Below, piece by piece: positions 22,879 to 35,900 of a stretch of 64,000 nucleotides of DNA. The position numbers and the translations under genes were made by a program. The notes below the pieces were generated by a model that was given only the letters and a program-made list of their open reading frames with translations, made no database searches and was not told where the DNA came from. This stretch comes from Alloascoidea hylecoeti (lineage: Eukaryota). The DNA lies in NCBI GenBank assembly GCA_001600815.1, contig BCKZ01000015.1, forward strand, positions 1 to 64,000, read 5' to 3'. Each line of letters opens with the position of its first letter. The first letter of the stretch is position 1.

Positions 22879-23250
22879 ATGATGAAACTTCGAGAAAAAA
22901 TCGATTCTTTGAAAGCCGATGCTGAAAACGCACAGGAAAAAGCGGACGAAGCTACTGCTAAAACAAAGGAGCTCCAAGATGAATTGGATGCTAAAACTAC
23001 AGAATTACGCCTCCTTACCGCTAAAACTGAATCCTTAGAAGATCAATTAGATGCTTCAGATTCTTCATTAAAAGATACAACCGCACAATTACGTGATGCT
23101 GATGTTAAAGTTGGAACTCTTGAAAAGAAGGTGTCCTCCCTAGAAGCTGAAAAGGAGGAGTTGGATACAAAATATGATGAATTGGAAAAGAAATATATTG
23201 AATTAAAGAAACAAATGGATGAGATTTCTGCTCAAATAGAAGATATCTAA
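22879..23250 (+). CDS. Tropomyosin, 123 aa, intronless
   Basis: N-terminus MMKLREKIDSLKADAE (cf. fungal MDKIREK..LK.EAE), continuous heptads, LRDADVK...EKKVSSLE and C-terminal LEKKY...MDEISAQIEDI. TATAAATA lies upstream at ~22787. Confidence 0.9.
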   Translation: MMKLREKIDSLKADAENAQEKADEATAKTKELQDELDAKTTELRLLTAKTESLEDQLDASDSSLKDTTAQLRDADVKVGTLEKKVSSLEAEKEELDTKYDELEKKYIELKKQMDEISAQIEDI

Positions 23251-23998
23251 ATTTCACTCATTCCTACCACATTGTTTTAAAGATTTTATTTGTTGATGAT
23301 GCCCCTTGCATTTGAATTTTTGGAGTTGTGAAAAGTATTCGTATAGTTAAAAAAATCATTAATATTGAAAATTGAAAGCATATTATTGAAAGTTTGTTAA
23401 ATATCATCGTAAACCTTCGTATGCCTATGTAGTGTTTCTTTATAATAGTAAATACTAAAGTCAGGAGCTATAATATCACTTTGTGCTAACAACAATTGGT
23501 GCTCGGTTAACTGCAGATTCGTGTTCTTCTACCATACTTCGCTGCATCAACCCTACCTGATAATGTATGCCATTGTATGGCTATAGTTCTTTTTTTAGTT
23601 TCCTTTCGAATATTTGTACCATACACATTGTTATTTGGCCCTAATTACTTGTAGTCAAGGTAGCGAATTAAAAACCAATAAATAATACAATGTTATGCCA
23701 CTAAGTTGCCATACAGTGTAGTATACGCGAACTTTATTTCAAAATAGTATATAAAACTTTATGAACTGTTGAAAATGACGATTAAATTATATTTTTGCAC
23801 GCTATTTAGTTTTTAGACCACAATCTATTTCTTAATATAGATTGGCGCTAGTATTACAGAATTAGGAATATTAATATGAAATATATTAATCATGAATTAG
23901 TTAGTGGTATACCAATTACAGTGCAGCCATAGGTTATGCCATATTCATTAAAAAACAAAAAACATCTTAAGAATAAATGTAATATGTAATTTGTTTCT

Positions 23999-26684
23999 TT
24001 AAATGAAATCCAGTATCATTTCGTTTCCATCAATACCAAAGTCAAATACTTGTGAGGCAAATAAAGGATCTTGAATAGTGTCAACATCAATCAAGCCCGA
24101 GAAATCAAGCCCTTCAAACCCTTCAAGATTACGACACTGAGAGTAGTCAACATCATTAAGGTTCGCGTCATGGGTCTCTTTGGAACTCCTAATATTATTG
24201 TGACTCCACTTAATAGCATCAAAATCAATCGGTCCGTCTAGAACAGAAAGCAAGGGATCAATATCAAAATTAGTTTCAAAATCAAAATTAACATCACTAT
24301 TTGTTGAATCTAACATTTGCATTTGATTAATATTATCATCGTAACTGATTCTATTAGTTGAAGTTAACATTGACAATGGTTTGATATTACTTACTCCTAA
24401 ATCCCTTTTAATTGATACCATATTTTCAAGAAATGGTTTACATATAAATTCCAAATCTTCCTGCTTTATTTGATTTTTAAAAACTTTAATCATAATAAAA
24501 GCTAATGCAGATACTTTCCAGGCTTGAAAATATCTATTTGAAAATTTTCTTGCTGTTTTTTCAAATCCAATAATTAATGATATAAATGTATTTTCAGAAG
24601 CTTTTAAAAAATCTTCAGAATTAATTAATTGATTAATATTATCATTATTATTATCAATTGTGAATGAAGATGATGATGAATTTGAATTTGTGTTAAGAAT
24701 AAAATCAAGATATGGAACAGAATATTTATATTCTTTTGATATACTTCTTAATAAAATTGAAATAATAAATAAACTAACTCTTTGCATACAACGAAGAGTA
24801 GATGCTGCAACAATTGTTACAATTTCATAACCAAAATATTCATGACAATTGTTAAGATATTTTAAACAAAAATGGAAAAGAACTAAAGCAGTTAAACCAG
24901 CATATTTATAATATCGATTGTTTAGATTTTGATCATTTGGACCGCAATTAAGATATAAAATATAATAACAGATATGTATTTGTGTAAGGTATTTTATTCT
25001 AATCACAACAAGCCTCATTCTTTGTCCAGAATTTATGATATAATTAATATCATCTTTATTCGAAATTGGATCATTGACTAATAAATCGGTAAAAGATGGA
25101 ATATTTACAAGGCAATATTCCAACATTTTTTCAGCAATTTGTTCCATTTTTGATCTTTTTGTATCTTTTTTTAAATCTAAAGATAAATGAATAATTTCTT
25201 TTTGAAATGAACATAATTTATAAATCATTTTAGAAAATTCAACCTCTGGTTTTAATTCAGGATTAATATTAATGAATATTTGAGGTAATTTAGTATCACA
25301 AAAATCTTCATTCATAAGAAATGGTCTACCAGTTGTACCTGAGTGAAACATATCAATAACAATCACCATTAACCATAATTTCCTCCATTGAAAATTAAAC
25401 AATTCATCATTATAATCATTATGAATATCATCACCGCTTGAAAATAAGTTTTCAGGATCTCTATATAATCCTATTGAAATTGAAATTTCACAAATTCTAC
25501 CTAATATAATTGAATGATCTTCACCTTCCATTCCTTCTCCAAGTTCAGGGGCCATAAAACAATATGATCTAAAATATAATAAATAATATAATAAATTAAT
25601 TGAATTTTTTGAAAAAAATGAAAATGAAACACATTTTTGTGATAATCTAATATAATCAAAATCAATATCAATTTTATTTTTAATAATTGGTGAAAATTTA
25701 TCATCATTATGATTTTTATTAATATTAAATTTTTCATCCATATCTTTATTCATATATGGTAAATTAATATAACCAATTCTTAAAAGAATTAAAAAAATTC
25801 CAAGTATTATAAAACCATTTGAATTTAATCTTTTAAATTTATATCTTTTTTTAATTTCAAAATTATCAAGATTTTTAAATATTGTAGTTGTATCTAAAAT
25901 ACTTGAAAATAATTCTAAGAATAATGATTCATCCATTGGTAACCAGATAAATAAATGAATTTTAAATGCATTTTTTAATATCAAATCACATAAATATTTA
26001 TCAGGTAAAATATCTTCAATTTTAGATTGTAATAATTTTTTTGTTTCAATTTCATCTTTTGTAATGATATTTCTTTCACTTCCCAAAATTAAATCTTCCA
26101 TACCAGTGCTAATACCAACAGCAGCTAAATGTTCCTTTTTGATTTTGAACCTTTTTACTACTTTTTCATTCACTAAGGTTTTAAAAATTGGATCGTTTAA
26201 TGATAATGAATAACGACTTGTTGGACCAAATTGAGCCATATGATTTTTACTCACTTCTAATGTTTGGAAATTGGTTGTCAAGTCAAGAATTGGATCTTCA
26301 ACTTCATTTTGACCTTTCAAGTTATGTTCATCATTTTTAAACCCCTCTTGATGATTTAAAATTCCAATATGATCAGCTGAATTCAATTTTACTTCTAAAG
26401 TATTAATTTTACCCCTTAATTTAGAATTCTCTAGTCTATAGTTTTCTTCGATAGAAAAGTTAGTTTCATTTTTATATTTGCAAAATTTAGAGTATCCTAA
26501 TCTTTGACAACCTCCACAAAATGGTTTATTTTTATCACACTACATCAAGAAATTAATAAGTGAATTGTTAGTAATAATTATTTATTTGCTGAATTAAAGA
26601 TATAAATAACCTTACTTTAACTCGACGTTTTCTACACGCATCACAAGCTGTCGCTTTTTTATAACCTCCTTTGCCATAAACCAT
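23999..26684 (-). CDS. Zn2Cys6 transcription factor with fungal-specific TF domain (Mrr1/Yrr1-like); exons 26684-26616, 26539-23999
   Basis: The spliced cluster reads ACDACRKRRVK|CDKNKPFCGGCQRLGYSKFCKY. Intron GTAAGG...TACTAAC...TAG. Middle homology region SIGLYRDP...WRKLW. Confidence 0.9.
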
Positions 26685-26881
26685 ATTAAAAATTGATAAT
26701 TAAATTTCATACATGATAAAAATAAAGTAGAAAAGAAAAGAAAGAAACCTTTTTGCTGTAGAATTTTATTCATATGATCTCTTACGCCCAGATAAGCTAA
26801 TACCGATATTCCCGGTATATTTATGACCCACATCCGAAACATACAAAAAATAAATTTACAAAATTCACATAAATAATATTA

Positions 26882-28817
26882 CTAATTCATATATAAAGGC
26901 ACATTATCAGGTAAAAACATTCTATGACCAGTTCTTTTAGCAATTTTCATTAACATTTCTCTATATTTTAATATATAATGTTTTGAATTATTCATTGTTA
27001 AATAATAACTTGAAGTAACCATACCAGAAACTAAAGCAACCGAAAATTGACTATTTATTGAAATTTCTTCAGTTATTAATTTTGCAATATTTAAAGAAAT
27101 TTCAAATTTTTTTAAATTATCTGAATTCGGTATCATTGATAGTTGTAATTGATTAATATAAACTTGTGCAACTAATTTACATTGATGTTGCTCAAATGGT
27201 AATGATGATAATATATTTGTTTGAATTGGTGATATAAATGATGGTAGCCAATTTAAAGTTGGATCTAATTGTTGAATTTGATCTAATATTGAATATCTCC
27301 TTAATTCTAAATCAATTTCTCTATCAAAATAATAATTGTTATTGTTAGATGAACCAATATTGTTAATATTAGTATTATTTATCTTGAATACTGTACTATT
27401 ATAACTACTATTGTTGCAGTTTTCTGTTGTACGTATACCATTTGAAATTCTTATTTGTTCTTGATATTCTAAGACACCACATAATACTTTAACAAAAGGA
27501 TCATCAAGTAAATTAATATAATTTGGAAATTTAAAATAAAGTGGCTTTTTATTCATCATTAAACTTCCAATTAAATCATTAAACGCAAATAATTTAAATG
27601 AAAATAAACCAATTGGATTTTTCAATAATAATCTTATATCTTTTAAATTCGCTAATACAACATAAACAGCATCAAGATGAGAAGATAATCTATCTAATCT
27701 GATTCCTTGCAATTTATCATGCATCATTAATAAAACAATTAACGTTATTAAAGCGCAAACATCGTTTATGCTAAATATATTCTCATTATTAATTTGGGAT
27801 TCAGATAATGAGTTTTTTAATAGTACCTTTTGATGTATTTGCTCTCTAACTTCATTAGCAGCCATATTATATTGATTGACATACTCGATATGCATTGAAT
27901 TATCATTTGATTCTATATCTGAGAAAGTACCTGCTAAAGCCAATAAACCAGATCTAATCGAGGGGATGCTTTGTGAAGCAGGGATAAGAATCTCAAGGAA
28001 TGGATTATGAGCATCAGAAAATGTTGGGAAAACCCGAGCAAAACGATTAATATAACAATCCCAAAGTTTTGATTGTGGTCTTGTAAACGTTGAACTTGGA
28101 GTGATTGGTATACCACGGAGTTGATCCAAGAAATGTGGACATGTAGAAGAAGTTGATGCAACTGAAGAAGTGGAAGTCACAATTCCATCATAGTTATCAG
28201 TTACGAATTGATTCCCGGGATTTTCGTTGTCATCATCGTTATCATTATACTTTTCTTTAGATTTCTTCTTTTTCTCTCGATATTTTGGAATACAAATACT
28301 TTTATGACCATGATTTAATACTTCACTATAAGGAGAAGACACAATAACGAAGTTTTTATAACCTGTTTTTTGATTATTACTATCTTTTTTCAATTCTGCT
28401 GGAATTGGGTCAAATACTTTAGGGATTATATTTTTCTTTGTTTTTGTTGAACCAAAACCTCTTCTTCTCATTGATTCTCGTAATGGATGATCTTCAAATA
28501 AAATCTGGGCTTTCCCTATTTACTCATCATATTAATATTGTTTTTCAACTCTAAATTTTTAACTTTTAACATTTAGAGTTTTATTACATGAAAGAAACAA
28601 ATAAAAACATACCATCGAAGGGTTTTTTACGTCTTGTATATTTTCGTGGCTTTGAAATGGTACTACTCCTTTTGTCCTTTGAACTTCGTTGGATAATAGA
28701 ATGATCATGGTCGGAATTATTATCGTTCCGACGTAGACCTAGGCCAGGGGCAGCAATAGATTCATAATTATCTTTTATTTCATCAGAAACACCATCGTCA
28801 TCGCAAAAGTTGCACAT
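26882..28817 (-). CDS. Fungal-specific transcription-factor-domain protein (Fungal_trans_2-like) lacking a Zn2Cys6 cluster; exons 28817-28613, 28515-26882
   Basis: Phase-1 intron GTATGT...AATAG (28612-28516) joins RRKKPFDG to KAQILFEDHPLRESMRRRG. Downstream NPFLEILIP.....SGLLALAG, LLMMHD, SHLDA and FAFNDLIGSL are typical of this domain. Confidence 0.7.
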
Positions 28818-31800
28818 TTTAGAAAGAAGCACTAAAAGGAGAAAAGGAAGAAGGGAAAAAGAGAAAATAATTTTGTTATGTTACATGTCCCGTGGTTGTG
28901 CCAGCCGTGCATCCCACACACAATTACTGAGATCCCACCGCGTAGGATGAAGAACGATTTGGAACACTGAGGGATAAGAAATATCAAGTGCTCATGGGAT
29001 AAAGATATTATTAACACCTTAGTAAGATACAGTGGAGCCATTTCAGGATGAACTCGTCAGTTGGTTCATTCTTATGTATCACACCGGACCAAAGTTTCAG
29101 TCTTAATATCCGACCATATCCATCCACCTTTTGGACCAGTATTTGATTCATCTGGTCGAACATTTGGTTGAAACGTGGAGCAAATTAAATGGGATGACTA
29201 TAAATTCACAATGCCATGTATGGCTCGGACCCCAAACTTTTATTAGCCCCCTCACTTCCCCTCGCTCATTTACTTACATCACTGAATAATTTTGAGATAT
29301 TATTTTTATTTAACTTTTAAACAATTAGTTAGATTAATTATTTGCCGCACTGTAATCTGGTTAGTGGTACATTTCCAAACTTGTCACTAATATTTCCTAA
29401 AAGTGGCACTACAAATGGCTAAAAAACGGTAAACGTTTATATAAACATGAAGTAAAGTAATTATATAACCCAAAATTGTTAACGGTCATTCCACTTATTT
29501 TCAGTCACCTTTTGAACTAAAAAAATAGGACAGTAGTGAAGTTGTGGTCGAAATTTAGTAAATGTAATGGCCTAAATTAAGTGGAAATTTAAAGCTTTTC
29601 TTGTATTATTATATAGTAAAATTCCCACCTCAATACGATCTTATGTATATTGTAAAACGGCCCTTAAAACCCCTCTCTTTAGATTGGAAGCGGCGCATCG
29701 TTTTTGATCATGCCTTCAAGTCAGATGGGGAATGTGAGTCATTATAGTTATAGGAACAATATTCCAATGAGATAGATCCGCATTAGTCAAACTCACATTC
29801 CTTGTAGACCCGTGGCTCGAAATATCCCTTAGGCTTGAAATTAATATGCTTTTATACCCATTCTCCTCAAATTCATATATATGGCCACTACAAATTGCTT
29901 TTTCTGCTGTCTGTGAAGATTTTTCATACGTAATCCATAATATCTGATTGAAAATTTTCCTCTACCATATCAAATCATAATCTCGGATCTATTTAAAGCC
30001 CAGACCAACAGTTACTGACTGTTTCCAGCAACTTGAACATTTCTTTTATCTATGTGCATGTAGGTGTACGATAAGAGAATTAATAGAAGTTTAATAAAGG
30101 AGGGGATTAACATTCTTTAATTACGTATACTTCTAGATTTTTTAATAATTAATTTGATTAATAAACTTTTTAATATAATTGCATTTTTGTTTGATACATT
30201 ACTGTTCTCGAATCCAGGGTTTGGTGAAGATCTAGAGATTATTCAAGATATTCGTAATGAAGATTATCATGATCTAATAATTCAAAAACATAATAAACAT
30301 GATAATTTTTAGAGAAGATATTTTGATGAGTAATCTGAATAAATTTCAAGGAGGTTCGATGCATCATTGCATCTCTTCACGTCAAAATTACGTTTAACAT
30401 TGGATTTCTCTCCGAGACTTTTAATTTTAATATATTTTGTTACAAATTGCGCGTTATTTGCAAATTGCAATTGTGTTATGGTAAATTGGTGATTATCAAA
30501 GACTTGAAATTCAAGCAAGTGAGACTGATTGAATTCGACTATCCTCACAACTTAATTCGCAAAGTGATTTTTTATACTGTCAAATGATGTACGTATTAAT
30601 ATTGGTTTTAGACAAGACCCTAAGCCATTAAACAATGTTCAGCAATCTATGTCAGTTACACGTGTGTAAGGCTGGTTAAAAGTCATGATAAACGCATCGA
30701 CTTATTGTATAAGTGCATTAATTGTTTTAGCTTCACATGATGAATTGAATCTTATATCAGTCGAGGAATAATCTACATGTATTACAAACAAGAGACTTAA
30801 TAGAACATTGAATATTAATCATTACAACAATTGTTCAAGAAATTGAATGAATCGATATACAATGAAGTATAATTAAATGCTTCACAAAAATTATTAGTTT
30901 CGAAAATCCCATTAAAAGTTCGAAAGATAAATCAACTAATAATTAATGATAAATCTAAATCTGAAATAATTCTACATGATTTTGAAAAATCTTGAAATAA
31001 TATTGACTATTATAATATTAAATATACTTTTCACTTAACTAGTTATTTATGCGTTTATAGCAACCTATGCACTTATGTTTCCGATTAATAAGTTATCGAT
31101 ATCTCACCTTATAATATATAGCTAGTTTAGATAAAAGAGAGTTCATTCCTCTTCATTTGCTTTTGATTCTTTAGTCTTTTATAATAGAATTTTCATATTT
31201 TTATTTTTCATATCAATGTTTTACAAAACAACAAATTTTCAAAGGATCATAATTTTTCCGCATGGTGCATTTTGGTCCCATCGCAACAAGTAAATAATTT
31301 GTATCTTCAAGTGATCCAAAACCTGAAGCTAGAATATAAAAATATATATGTTCCAACTTTGCAATTGACACCTACTTGGTATGATTGATTCTCAAATCCA
31401 GAAGGGTCTGATAATGATGTTGATAGGGTAACTACGGTAATCTTTCATCAATTGAAATTGAACAGATCTAGAGGAGGGATTTATTTATGAAAATTAAAGA
31501 GATTTTGATAGTACGTAATATTTGTTGTAATTCTAGCTATAGATTTAAATAATCCTGATAATTCAAGAATAATCGGAACACTCTTAACTTTCATGCTCGG
31601 TTGAGTCTTCATTGTTGTAATGGTACTATATTATGGTAGTTATGATGGACCATGAATATATTTGATTATAATTAATTTTGTTCAAAAAGCTGAACTATCA
31701 AATTTGAGTCTTAATGCTATCTATAATCCAACTAATACCACAACAACTACCAATGTTAATCATCCTAATAAATAGTAATAATTCAAAAGATAATGATCCA

Positions 31801-32937
31801 AATGGTAACGTTAAAAATATGAATTGAAAAAGTAAATGATGAGATAAATATTAATAATATTGCATACCCCGGTATATGATGAATCATTGATGATGATAAT
31901 GAATCATTACCCAATTATGCACCGCTATTTATTGTGTGTTTAATTATAAGATGTTGTTATTTTAAATATGGATATGGATAACCCTCTAAAATTTTGGTAC
32001 AGTATGCGCAAGTTTCTTTAACTTTCTTGGTAATGAATTTTAAAAATTGCATTATCATCGATCAAGTATTGCAGAAATTAAATATAGATATCAAATGTAT
32101 AATTATATAATAATCGAATGATAATTGAGTGTTTAAAATTTTAAATTGATACATTTCAAATAATTAATTAAACAAATAAAAAGACATAAATTAAATATTA
32201 TATATTAATAATGATGATGAATTTTCAAATTAGTTGATAATCTATTATCGAAGTGAAATATTTTAAGAATAAGAAGACATGTTTTGAATATTTTTTTGAA
32301 AATTCAAGAATTCAAGAAGAAAATTCGATTAAAAAATTGATTGTAAAATATATACCTAATTAAGGAGGATCAATTGAAAATATTGAAAAATCAATCATAT
32401 ATTTATTAAATAGAACATGCACATCAAACATGAATTTTCAATGATATTCATTAATCGATTATGGACTTCTGGCTATTTTAAGGTATCGATCTAGAATCGA
32501 GGAAGTTTGAAGACTGATCAATCAATGATAACATTAAATATAAAATATATAAATCAATCGATGATAACACAAATATAATATCTAAAGTGCAGTTCAGCTG
32601 AAACAGAATAGCTCATGGAAGCTGGTTGATAAATTCACACAATAGTTGGCATAATTCACGCAATAACTCGGTAATAACTACGAAATAAGTCGCAACGCAG
32701 TACCAATATGAAATGAAGAAATTATAATAAGACAGACGATCGCTGATATAGGGCACGTGCCCTGTGCTTCAAACGGCTAGGCGTAGATGCTGTGCGTGCA
32801 GGCGCAGGAGGATACGCTTCCCTTTCCATCTGGGTAATGATAGATACGTCATGGGCTCACATGGTGTGTTTTTATGCTTAAATAGACTTCCTTCCGCTTT
32901 CTTCTCAAGCTCTCTGTAGCAAAAGATTAATATTACT

Positions 32938-35900
32938 ATGAAAAAGGAGGTGGTTCTCATCAGTGCTTACCCTACTCCTATCTTCCAGCAGAGATACGTC
33001 CACGAGGGCAGGCGGACCGAGGCTAGGGCGGACGGGTCCTCGGGGTCCCACCCGGGCACAACGGAACCGGGTTCCCTCGTGCACCCACACCGCCTGAGGG
33101 ACGCACCCTCGTCACATGACACGTTCCTCGTCAAAGAAACGTCCCACATCAACATCACACGCGACGTGGCTGGTATACATTTAAACTCCTACATCCTGCT
33201 GAAAACAATTGGAAAAGGCGCCCACGGAAAGGTCCTTCTGGCTCGCTCGGAATCACGTGGCCTGGTTGCGATAAAAGTGGTGAAGAAGTCAATTCATAAA
33301 AACCATTTATATCTGAGTACCAATAATAATGATAAATTGCTTACTGAAATTGCAATTATGAAAAAATGCCATCATAAAAATGTTATTTCCCTGTATGAGG
33401 TTTTAAACGATCCAACAACTAAAAAACTATATATGATTTTAGAGTATATGTCTTTTGGTCCAATTCAATGGAAATATCCTCAAAATTTAACTCTATGTTC
33501 TAAAAATCAAGGTTCAAAAATTTACAAATATTTTAGGGATTTAATATCTGGTTTAGAATATTTACATTATCAAGGTATAATTCATAGAGATATTAAACCT
33601 GAAAATTTATTAATTTCTTCTGATGATGTTGTTAAAATAAGTGATTTTGGTGTTTCTTATAGCAATGATCATAATGGTGATGAAAAAAATGAATATGAAT
33701 TAGCTAAAACTGCTGGTACACCTGCTTTTTTTGCTCCTGAATTATGTTATAGTGATCCTGAATTAAGATCTCGTTTTAAAGTTGGTAAAGAAATTGATAT
33801 TTGGAGTTGTGGTGTAACATTATATTGTTTAATATTTGGTGAAATTCCTTTTAATGCAGAAACTGAATATGATTTATTTAATGTTATAATAAATCAAGAA
33901 TTAAAATTCCCATCAGATGAAAAAATTTCAAATCCTTTTATTAAAAATAGTAGTGAAGATTTAGAAATGAAAGATTTATTAATTAAAATGTTAGAAAAAG
34001 ATTTAACAAAAAGAATAGCAATTTCAAATATTAAAAATCATTTATTTACATTACATGATTTAAATAAAAATCAAGTTTTAAAATTTTTATCAAATAATGA
34101 TAATAATGGTAATGGAATTAATAATTTAAATAAAATAAGTGTTTCAAGAGATGAAATAAATGATGCTGTTATTGGTATAAGAGCAAAATTAAAACAAAGT
34201 TTTAAAAAAGTTGTTAATAAAGTTAGTCATAAAAGATCGAAATCTTTATCTAATAATCAAACTCATCATAATAATAGTAATAATACAATTTTTAGAAAAG
34301 AAAGGGAAAATTTAACAAGTTCAAGTACTGTTGGATTTCCAACTTCAAAATCATATAAATCATTGAAAAGTGTTAATTCTACTTCGACTTCTACTTCAAC
34401 TACAAACTCAAATACAAACTCAAATTCAAATTCAAATTCAAATTCAAATTCAAATTCAAATTCAAATTCAAACTCAAACTCAAACTCAAATATTTCTGAT
34501 AAGTTATTTCAATTCGTCTCAAGCAAAACTGATAATAATGATAGAGAAAAAGAAAAAGAAAAAGATAGAGGTAATTTCATTAGAGATCTTCGTCATATAA
34601 GATCCAGATCAGCAACATCAAGAAATATTCATCCACCATCTCCATTACATTCAGAACAACCAATTATAAAAACATCATCTTCATCATCAACAATCCTAAG
34701 TACAAAAACAAGTCCAATAATTGAAAGAGAAAGAGAAAGAACAAAAGAAAGAGAGAATTATCATAATAAAATTTTACCAATTTCAAGATCAACTTCACTA
34801 TTAAGATCAAGATCATTATCAAAACCAAAACAAAATTCAAATTCAAATTCTAAAATTCAATTAAATAAATCTCATAATCACTCTAGGTCTCATTCACATT
34901 TTATAACAAGATCAAAATCAAGAACTAGATCAAATTCAAGAAATAATGATTTTAATTTTAGTAATAATAGTAACTCAAAATTTGAACATTCAAGATCTGA
35001 TCATTCATTAAAGTCAAAATTTAAATCAAAATTTAATATTACTTCAACACAATCAATAACAAATAATTTTGATAATTGCACAACACCCACCCAAACAACT
35101 ATGAATGATAAAAATATAAATAATTCTTTATCAGATAATGAATTTGATATAACACCAAAACCAAAACCAAGAAATTTATCAAAATCATCATCAATTTCAA
35201 ATTCAAAAGAATTTATTAAAAATGAAAAACGTTTGTCATTACCATTACCATTACCATTACCATCATCAACAACAAATAATAGTAATCATAAATCATTTGA
35301 TTTAAAACCAATTATATCAATTGATTCACTAATTACACCACATAATAATAATAATTTAATATCATCATCATCATTATCGGGAAATGAAAATAATAATCAT
35401 AATATTATTAATAATATGAATAATAATAGTAATTTATCATTATCTATTCATTTAAGTGATATGGAATCATTAGGAACTTATAATTCAATTGAAACAAATT
35501 CAAATTCAAATCAACAATCATCAATAAATAATAATAATAATATTCATGATTATGGATTAAATAGAATTAGAACAAAATATTCTTATGATTCAAATTTTTC
35601 AGGATCAATTTCTATATCTGGTTCAGGATCTGGTGAATCTAATTTTATACTTGGTGATTCAATTCATTTTTCAAAAACCAAGAAACCTAAATCAAAACAA
35701 TCAGATTCAATTTCAATTAAAAGTATAAATACAAATAATACTAATATTTCAAATAATAATAGTGGTTATCATGAATCAAAATTACCAAGGATTGCATCAG
35801 CTATTTCAAATCTTGATATGGATGATAATTATTCAATTATGGTTGTTCCAAGTAGTTTAGGACTTAATTTAAGTTCTCCTTTACAATTACAACAATATCC

